Part shown: positions 34,431 through 43,531 of the stretch, one piece after another
Position numbering within the stretch: position 1 is the stretch's first letter
How the letters are laid out: the number at the start of each line of letters is the position of its first letter
Virus record (IMG/VR): IMGVR_UViG_3300048861_000070
Span: 1 to 43,531 of that record
Strand: one strand, 5' to 3'
DNA: 43,531 nt
Source of the DNA: a virus
Taxonomy: Duplodnaviria > Caudoviricetes
Notes under the pieces: model-generated
What the model saw: only the letters and a program-made list of their open reading frames with translations
What the model was told of the DNA's origin: nothing
Databases searched by the model: none
Made by a program: the position numbers and the translations under genes

Positions 34431-36766
34431 TGCCGAATACTCGCACCTTCAAGCAGTCATTCTCTGGCGGCGAGATGTCGGAGTCCATGTTCGGACGCAT
34501 CGATGACGCTAAGGTTCAAGCCGGTGCTGCGCTGCTGAGGAACTTCATCGCTACCCCACAGGGACCGGCAGAGAATCGGCCTGGTTTCGCCTACGTCAAC
34601 TCGACCAAGAATAATGGCCGGGCGCGGCTGATTCCGTTCGTGTTCAACCTCACGCAGACGATGGTGATCGAGCTTGGCGATCATTACGTGCGCTTCCATA
34701 CGATGGGGGCGACGGTCCTGAGTGGTGGCGTACCTTACGAGATCACATCGCCCTATGCCGCGGCTGACCTGTTCGATATCCACTACGTCCAGAGTGGCGA
34801 CGTGATGACGCTGGTGCATACGCTCTATCCACCGATAGAACTACGTCGGATGGGAGCCACAAACTGGACTCTGACCGCAATCAACTTCGGGACCACGATC
34901 GATCCTCCCACAGGCGTGACCGCAACGCCGAGCCCGGGCTATCTGGCGAAGATTACGGCTATCTCTACCGCCAATCCTGCTGTCATTACGACCGCAGCCA
35001 GCCACACGCTCTCGCTCGGAGACGGGATCTACATCAACGGCCTGACCGCTGTGATCAGCGGGACGCCTACTGACCTGAGCGGGTTCTATCTCGTCAATCT
35101 CGTGCCTGTCGACGGAGATGGAAACCTCATCCCGAATGAACTTGAGGTTATGGACTATGACGGAAACCTCCTCGATTCCTCGGGGTGGGATTCGTGGAGC
35201 GGCCCAGCAACGATCCAACTTGGTGACAAGATCTTCAACATCACCAATAACTACGCTGTATCGACGATCAATCAGAACAGCGTCGACGAAAGCCTGCTGT
35301 CTACGCCGGCATCGGCTCTCAACAACCTGAACGTGACCGGCAGCTATAACACCATCAGCTGGAGTGCGGTCACTGGGGCGTTGCGCTACTACGTCTACAA
35401 GCAGAAGAACTCGCTGTGGGGCTACATCGGCGAGACTACGGGCCTCCAGTTCGTGGACAACAACATCGCTCCGGACTTCAGCATCACGCCTCCGAACCTT
35501 GACGCTATCTTTGCGGGCCCGAATGACTACCCGGGCGCCGTCACCTACTTTGAGCAGCGCCGGAGCTTTGCGGGAACCCTGAACAATCCCCAGAACGTAT
35601 GGATGAGCAATAGCGGAACGGAGAGCACCTTCAGTTATTCTCTGCCTATCCAGGACTCTGACCGCATCTCCTTCCGAGTCGCATCGCGGGAGAGTAACCA
35701 GATCCGGCATCTTCTTCCGATGTCGCAGCTGGTCATGCTCGGGCTCGCGGGTGAGTTCGCCGTCAACTCCGGCTCCAACTCGGCTCTGACTCCTTCGAAC
35801 GTCTGGAACCGTCAGCAGGCCTACATTGGAGCTTCGAATGTCCAGCCAACGATCATCAACACGTCTCTCGTCTATTGCGCATCCCGCGGCGGCCATGTGC
35901 GCGAGCTCGGCTACTCGTGGGAGTCGAACGGGTTCACGACGGGCGACCTCTCACTCAGGGCTATTGATCTATTCGATAACCTCACCATCGTTGACCAGAC
36001 TTTTGCCAAGGCTCCGAAGCCGATTGTCTGGTTTGTCTCCAGTAACGGCAACCTCCTCGGCCTGACCTACGTTCCCGAGCAGCAGATCGGCGCTTGGCAT
36101 CATCACGACACGGATGGTGTCTTTGAGAGCGTCACATGCGTGGCGGAGGGCAACGAAGACAGGCTCTATGCGGTAATCCAGCGCACGGTAAACGGGCAGC
36201 AGGTTCGGTATGTGGAGCGCATGGCGAGTCGCCTGATCGATGCGAACGCGATCGCGGACTGCTTCTTTGTGGATGCTGGGTCTACCTACAGCGGAGCTCC
36301 GGCGACGACCATAAGCGGCCTGACATGGCTCGAAGGCAAGACGGTTGCAGTACTGGCCGATGGATGTGTGCAGAATCGCAAGGTTGTGACGGGCGGAGCC
36401 ATCACTTTAGACCGAGCGGCGAGCAGGGTGCAGGTGGGCCTACCTTATCAATCGGACCTGCAGACGGTTCCGCTCACGCTTCAGATCGATGGCTTCGGGC
36501 AGGGGCGGCAGAAGAATATCGACAAGTGCTGGGTTCGTGTCTACAAGTCCAGCGGGTTGTTCATCGGACCGAGTTCCGACCTGCTCACAGAAGCGCTGCA
36601 AAGAACCACAGAGCCGTATGGAACGCCTCCCGCACTGCAGAACGCGGAGATGGAGGTGGTGGTGCTTCCGTGGTGGCAACCGGACGGGCAGATCTTCATC
36701 CGGCAAGACAACCCGCTCCCGCTGACGGTTGTCGGCCTAACCATGCTCGTGAGTATCGGAGGGTAA
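34430..36766 (+). CDS. Tail tubular protein B/nozzle (T7 gp12-like)
   Basis: QSFSGGEMS, RLIPFVF, YVQSGDV, YPGAVTYFEQR, AWHHH and QDNPLPLTV. Confidence 0.92.
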   Translation: MPNTRTFKQSFSGGEMSESMFGRIDDAKVQAGAALLRNFIATPQGPAENRPGFAYVNSTKNNGRARLIPFVFNLTQTMVIELGDHYVRFHTMGATVLSGGVPYEITSPYAAADLFDIHYVQSGDVMTLVHTLYPPIELRRMGATNWTLTAINFGTTIDPPTGVTATPSPGYLAKITAISTANPAVITTAASHTLSLGDGIYINGLTAVISGTPTDLSGFYLVNLVPVDGDGNLIPNELEVMDYDGNLLDSSGWDSWSGPATIQLGDKIFNITNNYAVSTINQNSVDESLLSTPASALNNLNVTGSYNTISWSAVTGALRYYVYKQKNSLWGYIGETTGLQFVDNNIAPDFSITPPNLDAIFAGPNDYPGAVTYFEQRRSFAGTLNNPQNVWMSNSGTESTFSYSLPIQDSDRISFRVASRESNQIRHLLPMSQLVMLGLAGEFAVNSGSNSALTPSNVWNRQQAYIGASNVQPTIINTSLVYCASRGGHVRELGYSWESNGFTTGDLSLRAIDLFDNLTIVDQTFAKAPKPIVWFVSSNGNLLGLTYVPEQQIGAWHHHDTDGVFESVTCVAEGNEDRLYAVIQRTVNGQQVRYVERMASRLIDANAIADCFFVDAGSTYSGAPATTISGLTWLEGKTVAVLADGCVQNRKVVTGGAITLDRAASRVQVGLPYQSDLQTVPLTLQIDGFGQGRQKNIDKCWVRVYKSSGLFIGPSSDLLTEALQRTTEPYGTPPALQNAEMEVVVLPWWQPDGQIFIRQDNPLPLTVVGLTMLVSIGG

Positions 36767-36769
36767 TTT

Positions 36770-37468
36770 ATGGTCTCGTTTCTCACGGATAGCTGGGACG
36801 CAGTAGAAAAGGTTCTCGGCCTGAACGGCAAGACAACGGCGAATGTCGCGGGGATGAACCCAACGCAGGCAAAGATTGCCACCGGCGCCGCAACTACTCA
36901 GAATCTCGGCTTGATCACATCCGTATTCGGCGGCATCAACAGCGCGATCGGCAGTTACTATGCAGCTCAGAGCGCTCAGTATCAGGCCAAGTCGAACGCC
37001 TCGAGTCTTGAGTTTCAGTCGGATATGGACGCTCTCAACGCGCGCAGTGCGGAATTGAGCGCGCAGTCGATTCTGGAGCAGGGAAAGACTCAGGTCGAAC
37101 AGTACACCATGCAGGCCGGGCAGCAGAAGGCCTCGACGATAGCCAACATGGGCGCTCGCGGAATCGTGATCGGAGAGGGAAGCTCGCGGGATGTTCTGGC
37201 GTCACAGGATCTTGTCAAGGATCTGGACGTCCTCACCATCAACTCGAATGCGACACGCGCAGCATGGGCGGAACGCACGGCGGCCACCAACTACAGCAAC
37301 AAGGCTCTACTTGACCGCACCTCAGCTTCGAACATGAGGGCGACGGCGGGCAGCATCAGCCCTGGTCTCGCCGTGGGAACCAGCCTCCTGGGGTCGGCGA
37401 CGGGCGTAGCAAGTCAATGGGATTGGCGCAGGCGGCTAGCGATGTCGACTGCTGGAGGGTTGAACTAA
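36770..37468 (+). CDS. Small internal virion/ejection protein (gp14-like)
   Basis: Ala/Ser/Gln-rich helical protein with GQQKA..GARGI..GEGS; follows the nozzle gene. Confidence 0.75.
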   Translation: MVSFLTDSWDAVEKVLGLNGKTTANVAGMNPTQAKIATGAATTQNLGLITSVFGGINSAIGSYYAAQSAQYQAKSNASSLEFQSDMDALNARSAELSAQSILEQGKTQVEQYTMQAGQQKASTIANMGARGIVIGEGSSRDVLASQDLVKDLDVLTINSNATRAAWAERTAATNYSNKALLDRTSASNMRATAGSISPGLAVGTSLLGSATGVASQWDWRRRLAMSTAGGLN

Positions 37469-39658
37469 ATGCCTACCGTACCGACTGTGGCACAAACCGC
37501 ACTGCCGGCGAGCACCTTCGCCGCGCCTGGTGTCGCGCCTGTAGAGAACCGTAACCCGGAACAGATCGAGCGCCTTGGGAACACGCTGGAGCAGGCTGGC
37601 GGCCTCGCCTTCCGCACCGGGCAAACCATTGGTGACAGAGTAGCGGGGCAAATAGACGATGCGAACACGAAAGCCGCGGAAACCAAGTTTTTGCAATCGG
37701 CTCAGAGCATTCTCAATGACCCGTCTTCGGGCTACTTTCGCCAGCAAGGGAAAGCGGCGCTGGATCAGTACCAGCCAACGAATGAAGCGCTGGTAAAGGC
37801 CGGGAACGATGCGCAGGCAGGACTGACGAACGAACTCCAGAAGTTCCAGTTCAAGCAGTTGCTCCAGCATCATCTTCTGTCGTTCGGCAGCCAGATGGCC
37901 GATTACAACCACAGCCAGAGCGTGAACTACTCAGCGAAGGAGTCCGGCGCACGCGCTGACAGTTACCGCATGCTGGCGCTCGGCGCGGCAGATAGCCGAT
38001 ACCAGACCGACGCCGAGGGCAACGCTGCGGGTGACTTCGCCAAGAATACGGCCGTCATGGAGGCTGAGACGCTGAAGGTGGCGGCGCTGTCCGGCTTCGA
38101 TCCTCAGAGCGAGCAGGCTAAGGCGATGCTGCGCGAGCAGTACACCCAACTCAACACCGCCATGATCGGGCGCATGCTCGACAATCACGACGCGGCGGGC
38201 GCCAAGAAGTGGTATGACGAGCAGCTTGCCAAGGGCAACATCGACATCCGTGGCGCCGAGTCGCTTGGTCATGCGGTCCAGGGCGAGTACGACAAGCAGA
38301 CGGTTGAGGATTTCGTCGATAAGACGGTGATTCCTTCGTCTCTGTCTGGCGGGAAGGCTCCGACTACGCTTGCTCTTCCGGTCCCTGGCGGCAGCATCAA
38401 CGTTACGAGCGGCCTCGGGATGCCGCGCGCGAATGGGCGATCTCACGATGGTATCGATATAGCCGTGCCGACAGGAACCAACGTGCTTGCGCCAGCCGAT
38501 GGCAAGGTGCTGAAGGTATGGAACGATGACAAGTTCGGCGGCGGCCTGTCGATGGAGATCCAGATGCCGAACGGGTACGTGGCCGGATTCGCGCATCTGC
38601 AGGCGGCGAACGCTCGGCCCGGTGACACGGTGCAGCAGGGCATGATGGTGGGACTCTCGGGCAAGAGCGGCAACGCAACCGGCCCGGTCCTGCACTACGT
38701 GCTCAAGGATGCGGACGGGAAGTACGTCGACCCGCGGAACGTGAGCCAGCCCCAGCCGAATAAGGAAGGCATTGCGGACCCTAACGCATTGGAGCGCGGT
38801 TTGCAGATGATCTCTGATAGCGACTATTCGCCTTCAATGAAGAAGCAAATGAGCGCATATCTGGAGGCGCAGCACGGCCATTACCGCGCCATCGAAAACC
38901 AGAAGTATGACGATGTATTGCAGTCTGCCCGAGATTCGTTCTTCTCCTCCGGTGGCAACTACAACGCCATCCCGGGCAGCGTTCGCATGCAGCTCAAGCC
39001 GGAAGATTCGTTCCGCTTCCAGAAGGGCCTGCCGAAAGAGGATAACGTCGATGTGCAGGCGCAGTTCATCCTGAACCCGAAGAATCAAACGGTCGATTGG
39101 GTCAACGCGCATCGCATGGATTTCACCGATTCCACCTATCTGAACTATCTTGGGCATGCTCAATCTGTGGCGAACAGTTCCAGCAAGGAGCTCGGCGCCA
39201 GCCTGGACAACGCGCAGATGGACGACATCCTGTATAAGAACGGGTTCCCGAACCTGGTAAGTCCAAAAGGGGATGATGACAAGGCGACGGCGGTCGCGCT
39301 CAAGACGCAGATCTTGAACCAGTACACCTCGGAGCAGAACCGTACCGGTCACGAGCTTACCCGAGACCAAAAAGGCCAGATCATCCGGCAGACGATTGGC
39401 GATAAGGTCTCGATTCATCGCTCCATCCTGCCCGATAAGGATTCCGTCTCAGCCTTCAATCTCACCGGGGATCAGGCCCAGAATGCCTATGTCACGGTAG
39501 GGAATCAGCGGGTGAAGCTGGCGTCCATTCCGGCGGACGACCAGTTGCAAATAACATCCGCTCTCCGCAGCAAGGGGATACCCATAACCCAGCAGAACAT
39601 TGCTAGTTTCTGGGTTGAGGGTCAGAAGCGCCGCGGAAAGACTGTACCGACCTTCTAA
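37469..39658 (+). CDS. Middle internal virion/ejection protein with M23 peptidase domain
   Basis: MPTVP start. HDGIDIAVPTGTNVLAPADGKV...FAHL...GNATGPVLHY at about 38380-38740. Confidence 0.85.
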   Translation: MPTVPTVAQTALPASTFAAPGVAPVENRNPEQIERLGNTLEQAGGLAFRTGQTIGDRVAGQIDDANTKAAETKFLQSAQSILNDPSSGYFRQQGKAALDQYQPTNEALVKAGNDAQAGLTNELQKFQFKQLLQHHLLSFGSQMADYNHSQSVNYSAKESGARADSYRMLALGAADSRYQTDAEGNAAGDFAKNTAVMEAETLKVAALSGFDPQSEQAKAMLREQYTQLNTAMIGRMLDNHDAAGAKKWYDEQLAKGNIDIRGAESLGHAVQGEYDKQTVEDFVDKTVIPSSLSGGKAPTTLALPVPGGSINVTSGLGMPRANGRSHDGIDIAVPTGTNVLAPADGKVLKVWNDDKFGGGLSMEIQMPNGYVAGFAHLQAANARPGDTVQQGMMVGLSGKSGNATGPVLHYVLKDADGKYVDPRNVSQPQPNKEGIADPNALERGLQMISDSDYSPSMKKQMSAYLEAQHGHYRAIENQKYDDVLQSARDSFFSSGGNYNAIPGSVRMQLKPEDSFRFQKGLPKEDNVDVQAQFILNPKNQTVDWVNAHRMDFTDSTYLNYLGHAQSVANSSSKELGASLDNAQMDDILYKNGFPNLVSPKGDDDKATAVALKTQILNQYTSEQNRTGHELTRDQKGQIIRQTIGDKVSIHRSILPDKDSVSAFNLTGDQAQNAYVTVGNQRVKLASIPADDQLQITSALRSKGIPITQQNIASFWVEGQKRRGKTVPTF
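39577..39609 (+). promoter_or_regulatory. Putative intragenic late promoter (GATACCCATAAC-N15-TAGTTT)
   Basis: Motif match 59 nt upstream of the giant gene's ATG. Confidence 0.5.
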
Positions 39659-39667
39659 GGGGAACGG

Positions 39668-42600
39668 ATGCCACAGACAGCACAACCGCGATCGATCTAT
39701 GACGACATCGCCGATGAAGAGATTCAACGCACCAATCAGGCTGTAACTCAGTCCGTAGCCACCGGCATGGAGACGAGCCCAGACAAGGCCGGTGAGGCGC
39801 AGCGTCTCGGCGCGAGGGTAGGAGTAGGCCCTGACATCGCGCAGCATGACATCGAAGGGATGCGCAAACAGGCTACGCTGGAGGACGTCCAGTCGCGGGA
39901 TCTGGCATCGTGGAATCCCATTCTTGCCCGGCAGTTGTCGGACCCGAACTTTGCGGCGATCGCGCATGATCAGGTCGACAACCTCTCTACGACCAGCAAG
40001 ATCTTCGACCAGGCCAAGCAGTTGGTCAAAGGCGGATGGGATGTTGTCAAGAACAGCGGCGGCACGCCACAGGGTCTCGGTGCCGCGGTAGCAAACTCTC
40101 CGTCCGGACAGGAACTCATCGGGCAGGCAGAGACAGGGCATGTCGATTATGAACTCGGGATGCTCGGGATCAAGGCCAAGCGGGGCGAGGCGACCGCGGA
40201 TGACTGGAATCGAATCGATGAACTCCAGGCGCAGAAGATGGCGTCCAGAGAACCCGACACGCTTATCGGTAAGACCTTCGGCGGTGTCGCATCCATGGCT
40301 GGAAACCTTAAGCCTATGGTGCCGCGGTCGATCGCCGTTGGCTTGGCAGGAGCCGGCGTGGGTGCCGGTGTGGGCGCGGCAGGCTTCGGGGTGGGCGCAG
40401 TCCCGGGCGCACTGACTGGATTCAAGATCGGTGCGGAGTCGGAGTTCGGCGCGCAGAGCTACGAGATGATGGCCGGCAACACCTATCTGGATCTGCTGAA
40501 TAAAGGCGTGGACGAAAGTCACGCGCAAGCAGCGGCTGGGCTGGTGGGCGCGGCAAACACGGCCCTGCAGCTTGGAGCCATGCGTCTCGCCGGGAAGCCT
40601 ATCGCAGGCCTCATGGATCGGGCGTTCAGTCGCGTGATGGGTGAATCCATCGCCGAAGAGATGACGCAGCCCACAGTGGCCAATGCGGTCAAGTCTGCCG
40701 TCCTGAACTGGGGCAGGAATACGGCTCTGGGCGCCACTGAGATGGCCATGCAAACAGCGACTTCGCGCATGGGGGAAGACTGGGCCAAGCAAATGAACGC
40801 GGGCGAGATCACCAAAGACGTATTCTCGCCAGAGTTCGCGCATGAGTTCGGCAAGGCCTGGGTCGATGCGGCAGTGACCATGGGAGCCGTCAACTCCCTC
40901 GGATCCATGGCGCAGTTTGCGTCTGAGACCTCGAGAGCAACGCAGGCGACACAGGCGCAACAGTTCTTTGAGAACCTGAACACCAACGCCTCAGAGTCGA
41001 AGGTCCGCGAGCGCAACCCGGATAGCTATCGCGAGTACATCCAGCAGCAGGCGGAAAACGTAGGCGCCGAGAATATCTATGTCGACGGCAAAACGATGGC
41101 CGGCGTCCTGAACCAGTCAGGTCTGGCAGTTGAAGAGATCGAGCATGTGCTTCCGGGATTCTCAGACAAGATCGCCGAGGCAGCGGACACTGGCGGAGAC
41201 GTAATCATCCCTACCAGCCAGTACGCTACGTCGCTGGCGGGCACGGACCTGGGAACCGCGCTTACACCTCACCTCCGTCTCGATCCCGAGGGCATGAGTC
41301 CATTTGAGGCGAAGGAGTTCCAGGCGAAGCAGCAGGAGATCTTCGCTGAGGCCAGCAAGCAGGCAACCGAGCAGATGGCGACCAATGAGGAGTTCGCCAA
41401 AAGCGCCAAGGTGGTCGAGAATGACATCTTCGACCAGTTGAAGGCGACCAAGACCATGCCCGATGACATGGCGCGTACCAATGCCTCTTTCGTCAGGGAC
41501 TTCGTAGTGACGCAGGCGGCGCGGCAGAACATGACTCCGGAGGCATTCTTCGATAAATTCCGCTACACGATCGAGCGGGCGGCAGGCGGCGATCTCCTGC
41601 ATCAGTCTTCTCTCTCTGGCGTCGAGGGGCGCGATACTACCCTGCTTACTCCAAGCGGCAGGATGCCCGCGCGCTATGTCCTCATGGAAGCCGGAGACCT
41701 GATCGCGTCCCATGACCCGTCGACCTTTGAGAAGGATGCGCGATACCCGGAAGGCGTCCAGGAGCGAGCCTACGACAAATCAAAGGAAGCTCAGGCGCGC
41801 GTCATTGAGCAAGCGCAGAACTACGAGCCGGCCTACACCGTCAACACCAACCCTGACGCGGTGAATGGGCCTCCTGTCATAACCTCCGATGGAATTGTCC
41901 TTGGCGGCAACTCGCGCACCATGAGTACGGTTCGCCTTTACAGGGAAGGGAAGGGCGACGTCTACCGCGATGCCCTGAAGCGTTCGGCTGAATCGTTCGG
42001 CTTGAATCCTGAGTCAATCGACGGGATGAAAGAGCCTATCCTGGTGCGCCGGGTGGACGCTGGCGGGGATCTCGAGAACCTGCGTCGTATCGGCACAGAC
42101 CTGAACCGGTCCATGACCGGAGCTCTCGGCGCTGCTGAAAAGGCAGTGAGCGCGGGAAAGAATATCAGGCCTGAGACTTTCCGTGTCGTATCGGACATGC
42201 TTCAAGAGGGAGACGTCACCCTCCGCGAACTGATGGCATCCCATGGCGATCGCATTGTCCAGATGATGGTCTCGGACGGGGTGATTACAGACCGCGAGCG
42301 ACCTCAGTACATCGATCCATCGACGGGTGGACTGAATGATGCCGGCAAGACATTCGTGGAGAAGGCGCTGCTCGGGTCTGTCATCGATGACCCGCGGCTG
42401 ATGGAGGACGCGCCAAAGTCGGTACTGAATAAGTTGGAGCGTTCCCTTGGGCCCATCACTTCCTTTTCTACTCGGCCTGATGAATGGAACATCATTCCTG
42501 TCATCCGTGCGGCTGTCGCAGAATTGGCTTCGATCCAGCGCGCCGGCTCAACCGTGGATCTGCGAATAGCTCAGGCTTCACTCTTTGGAGAGAACCGCAA

Positions 42601-43531
42601 CCCGCTGGTAGATTCCATGGTCCGCGCTCTCGATGGCGGTCCCAACACCCTCCGAAATTCGTTTGAGGCTTACGGCAGGGACGCAGATGCAAACATGCCT
42701 GGCCAGTCGAGAATGTTCGGCTCGGCTGAAGCATTCGACGCTTACAACAATGCATTCGGCGCTAAACTGACAGACAAGGAGTTTTCTGATGGACTCGAAC
42801 GAGCAGTCACCGAAAGAGGGACTTCGGCAAGTTATGACGACCTACCTGAAGCATCCTCCGGGAGTGAGGGAGCAGGCAGTGTCCAATCTTATCCAACAGA
42901 GAACCGTCCCACAAAGCGACCCGCAAAAGTAAACAACAACCGTCCTCTTTCTCCTGGCGTCCGGGCTGGATTCGATCCATCGCAGCTGACGGCGGTACTC
43001 GGGGAAAAAGCGGACATGAGCTCGTTTCTCCATGAGACGGCTCATTACTTCCTTACGGTATATAGCGAAGTTGCGAAGGATGCTGAGGGCGCGCCGGAGA
43101 TCAAGGCGGACTTCGCCAAGCTGCTGGATTGGTTCGGCGTGAAGGATGCCGAGACCTGGGACAGCATGAGCCTCGAGGAGCAGCGCAAGTTCCACGAGCA
43201 GTTCGCTTACTCCTATGAGCAATACCTGGCCGAGGGCAAGGCGCCGAGCATCGAGGCGCAGGGCGTCTTCGATCGGTTCACGCAATGGCTCAAGCGCGTC
43301 TACAAGTCGGTGCGCGACGACGTCAACACCATCTATCGCCAGCAGCATGGCGAGGATCTTCCCATCCTGACCGGCGAGGTGCGCGATGTGATGGATCGCA
43401 TGCTTGCCTCGGATGAGCAGATCAAGCAGGCTGAGGCGATCCGGAACATGGAACCGGTCTTCAAGTCGCAGGAAATCTCTGGCATGAATGATGCTGAGTG
43501 GCAGGCATACCGCGAGATGGCGCAGACCGCG
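39668..43531 (+). CDS. N-terminal part of the giant (~2,388 aa) ejection/polyvalent protein with ddrB-like ParB and HExxH motifs; missing from the track because it runs off the end
   Basis: RBS AAGGGGA then MPQTAQP. ARYVLMEAGDLIASHD...YPEGVQER...GPPVI...GGNSRT...PILVR at ~41670-42050. SFLHETAHYF at ~43022-43051. Confidence 0.88.
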   Translation, partial: MPQTAQPRSIYDDIADEEIQRTNQAVTQSVATGMETSPDKAGEAQRLGARVGVGPDIAQHDIEGMRKQATLEDVQSRDLASWNPILARQLSDPNFAAIAHDQVDNLSTTSKIFDQAKQLVKGGWDVVKNSGGTPQGLGAAVANSPSGQELIGQAETGHVDYELGMLGIKAKRGEATADDWNRIDELQAQKMASREPDTLIGKTFGGVASMAGNLKPMVPRSIAVGLAGAGVGAGVGAAGFGVGAVPGALTGFKIGAESEFGAQSYEMMAGNTYLDLLNKGVDESHAQAAAGLVGAANTALQLGAMRLAGKPIAGLMDRAFSRVMGESIAEEMTQPTVANAVKSAVLNWGRNTALGATEMAMQTATSRMGEDWAKQMNAGEITKDVFSPEFAHEFGKAWVDAAVTMGAVNSLGSMAQFASETSRATQATQAQQFFENLNTNASESKVRERNPDSYREYIQQQAENVGAENIYVDGKTMAGVLNQSGLAVEEIEHVLPGFSDKIAEAADTGGDVIIPTSQYATSLAGTDLGTALTPHLRLDPEGMSPFEAKEFQAKQQEIFAEASKQATEQMATNEEFAKSAKVVENDIFDQLKATKTMPDDMARTNASFVRDFVVTQAARQNMTPEAFFDKFRYTIERAAGGDLLHQSSLSGVEGRDTTLLTPSGRMPARYVLMEAGDLIASHDPSTFEKDARYPEGVQERAYDKSKEAQARVIEQAQNYEPAYTVNTNPDAVNGPPVITSDGIVLGGNSRTMSTVRLYREGKGDVYRDALKRSAESFGLNPESIDGMKEPILVRRVDAGGDLENLRRIGTDLNRSMTGALGAAEKAVSAGKNIRPETFRVVSDMLQEGDVTLRELMASHGDRIVQMMVSDGVITDRERPQYIDPSTGGLNDAGKTFVEKALLGSVIDDPRLMEDAPKSVLNKLERSLGPITSFSTRPDEWNIIPVIRAAVAELASIQRAGSTVDLRIAQASLFGENRNPLVDSMVRALDGGPNTLRNSFEAYGRDADANMPGQSRMFGSAEAFDAYNNAFGAKLTDKEFSDGLERAVTERGTSASYDDLPEASSGSEGAGSVQSYPTENRPTKRPAKVNNNRPLSPGVRAGFDPSQLTAVLGEKADMSSFLHETAHYFLTVYSEVAKDAEGAPEIKADFAKLLDWFGVKDAETWDSMSLEEQRKFHEQFAYSYEQYLAEGKAPSIEAQGVFDRFTQWLKRVYKSVRDDVNTIYRQQHGEDLPILTGEVRDVMDRMLASDEQIKQAEAIRNMEPVFKSQEISGMNDAEWQAYREMAQTA
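43405..43531. repeat. 127-bp terminal direct repeat (copy 2)
   Basis: Identical to 1-127. Confidence 0.97.

Noticed and set aside
43405-43531. Terminal repeat as a biological DTR
   Set aside because: 127 bp equals a common assembler k-mer and falls mid-gene, so it most likely reflects circular assembly.

Overview
The window looks like a complete ~43.4 kb temperate podovirus-type phage genome assembled as a circle: bases 1-127 equal 43405-43531, and one ~2,388-aa ORF runs through the junction. The head and tail module has the BPP-1/T7-like layout: TerS, TerL, portal, scaffold, capsid, cement, tail tubular A/B and three ejection proteins. The giant ejection protein has a ddrB-like ParB domain and a HExxH motif. 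The early region is lambdoid: integrase beside an intact attP (3' part of tRNA-fMet), Xis, RecT/YqaJ, CI/Cro with TACG-N5-CGTA operators, a replication initiator and RusA. The host is probably Acidobacteriota (inference from family recognition only). Most notable: (1) both putative receptor-binding SGNH-esterase proteins behind the tail-fibre adaptor carry Sec signal peptides and paired cysteines, suggesting periplasmic folding and possibly post-lysis attachment; (2) a five-copy late-promoter motif, CATAAC-N15/16-TAnnnT; (3) a CI repressor lacking both the Ala-Gly cleavage site and the catalytic Lys; (4) the endolysin sits in the early operon, far from an atypical holin/lipoprotein cluster; (5) short direct repeats and a long hairpin delimit cassette-like units in the accessory region. 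All calls come from reading motifs by eye; no database searches were run.
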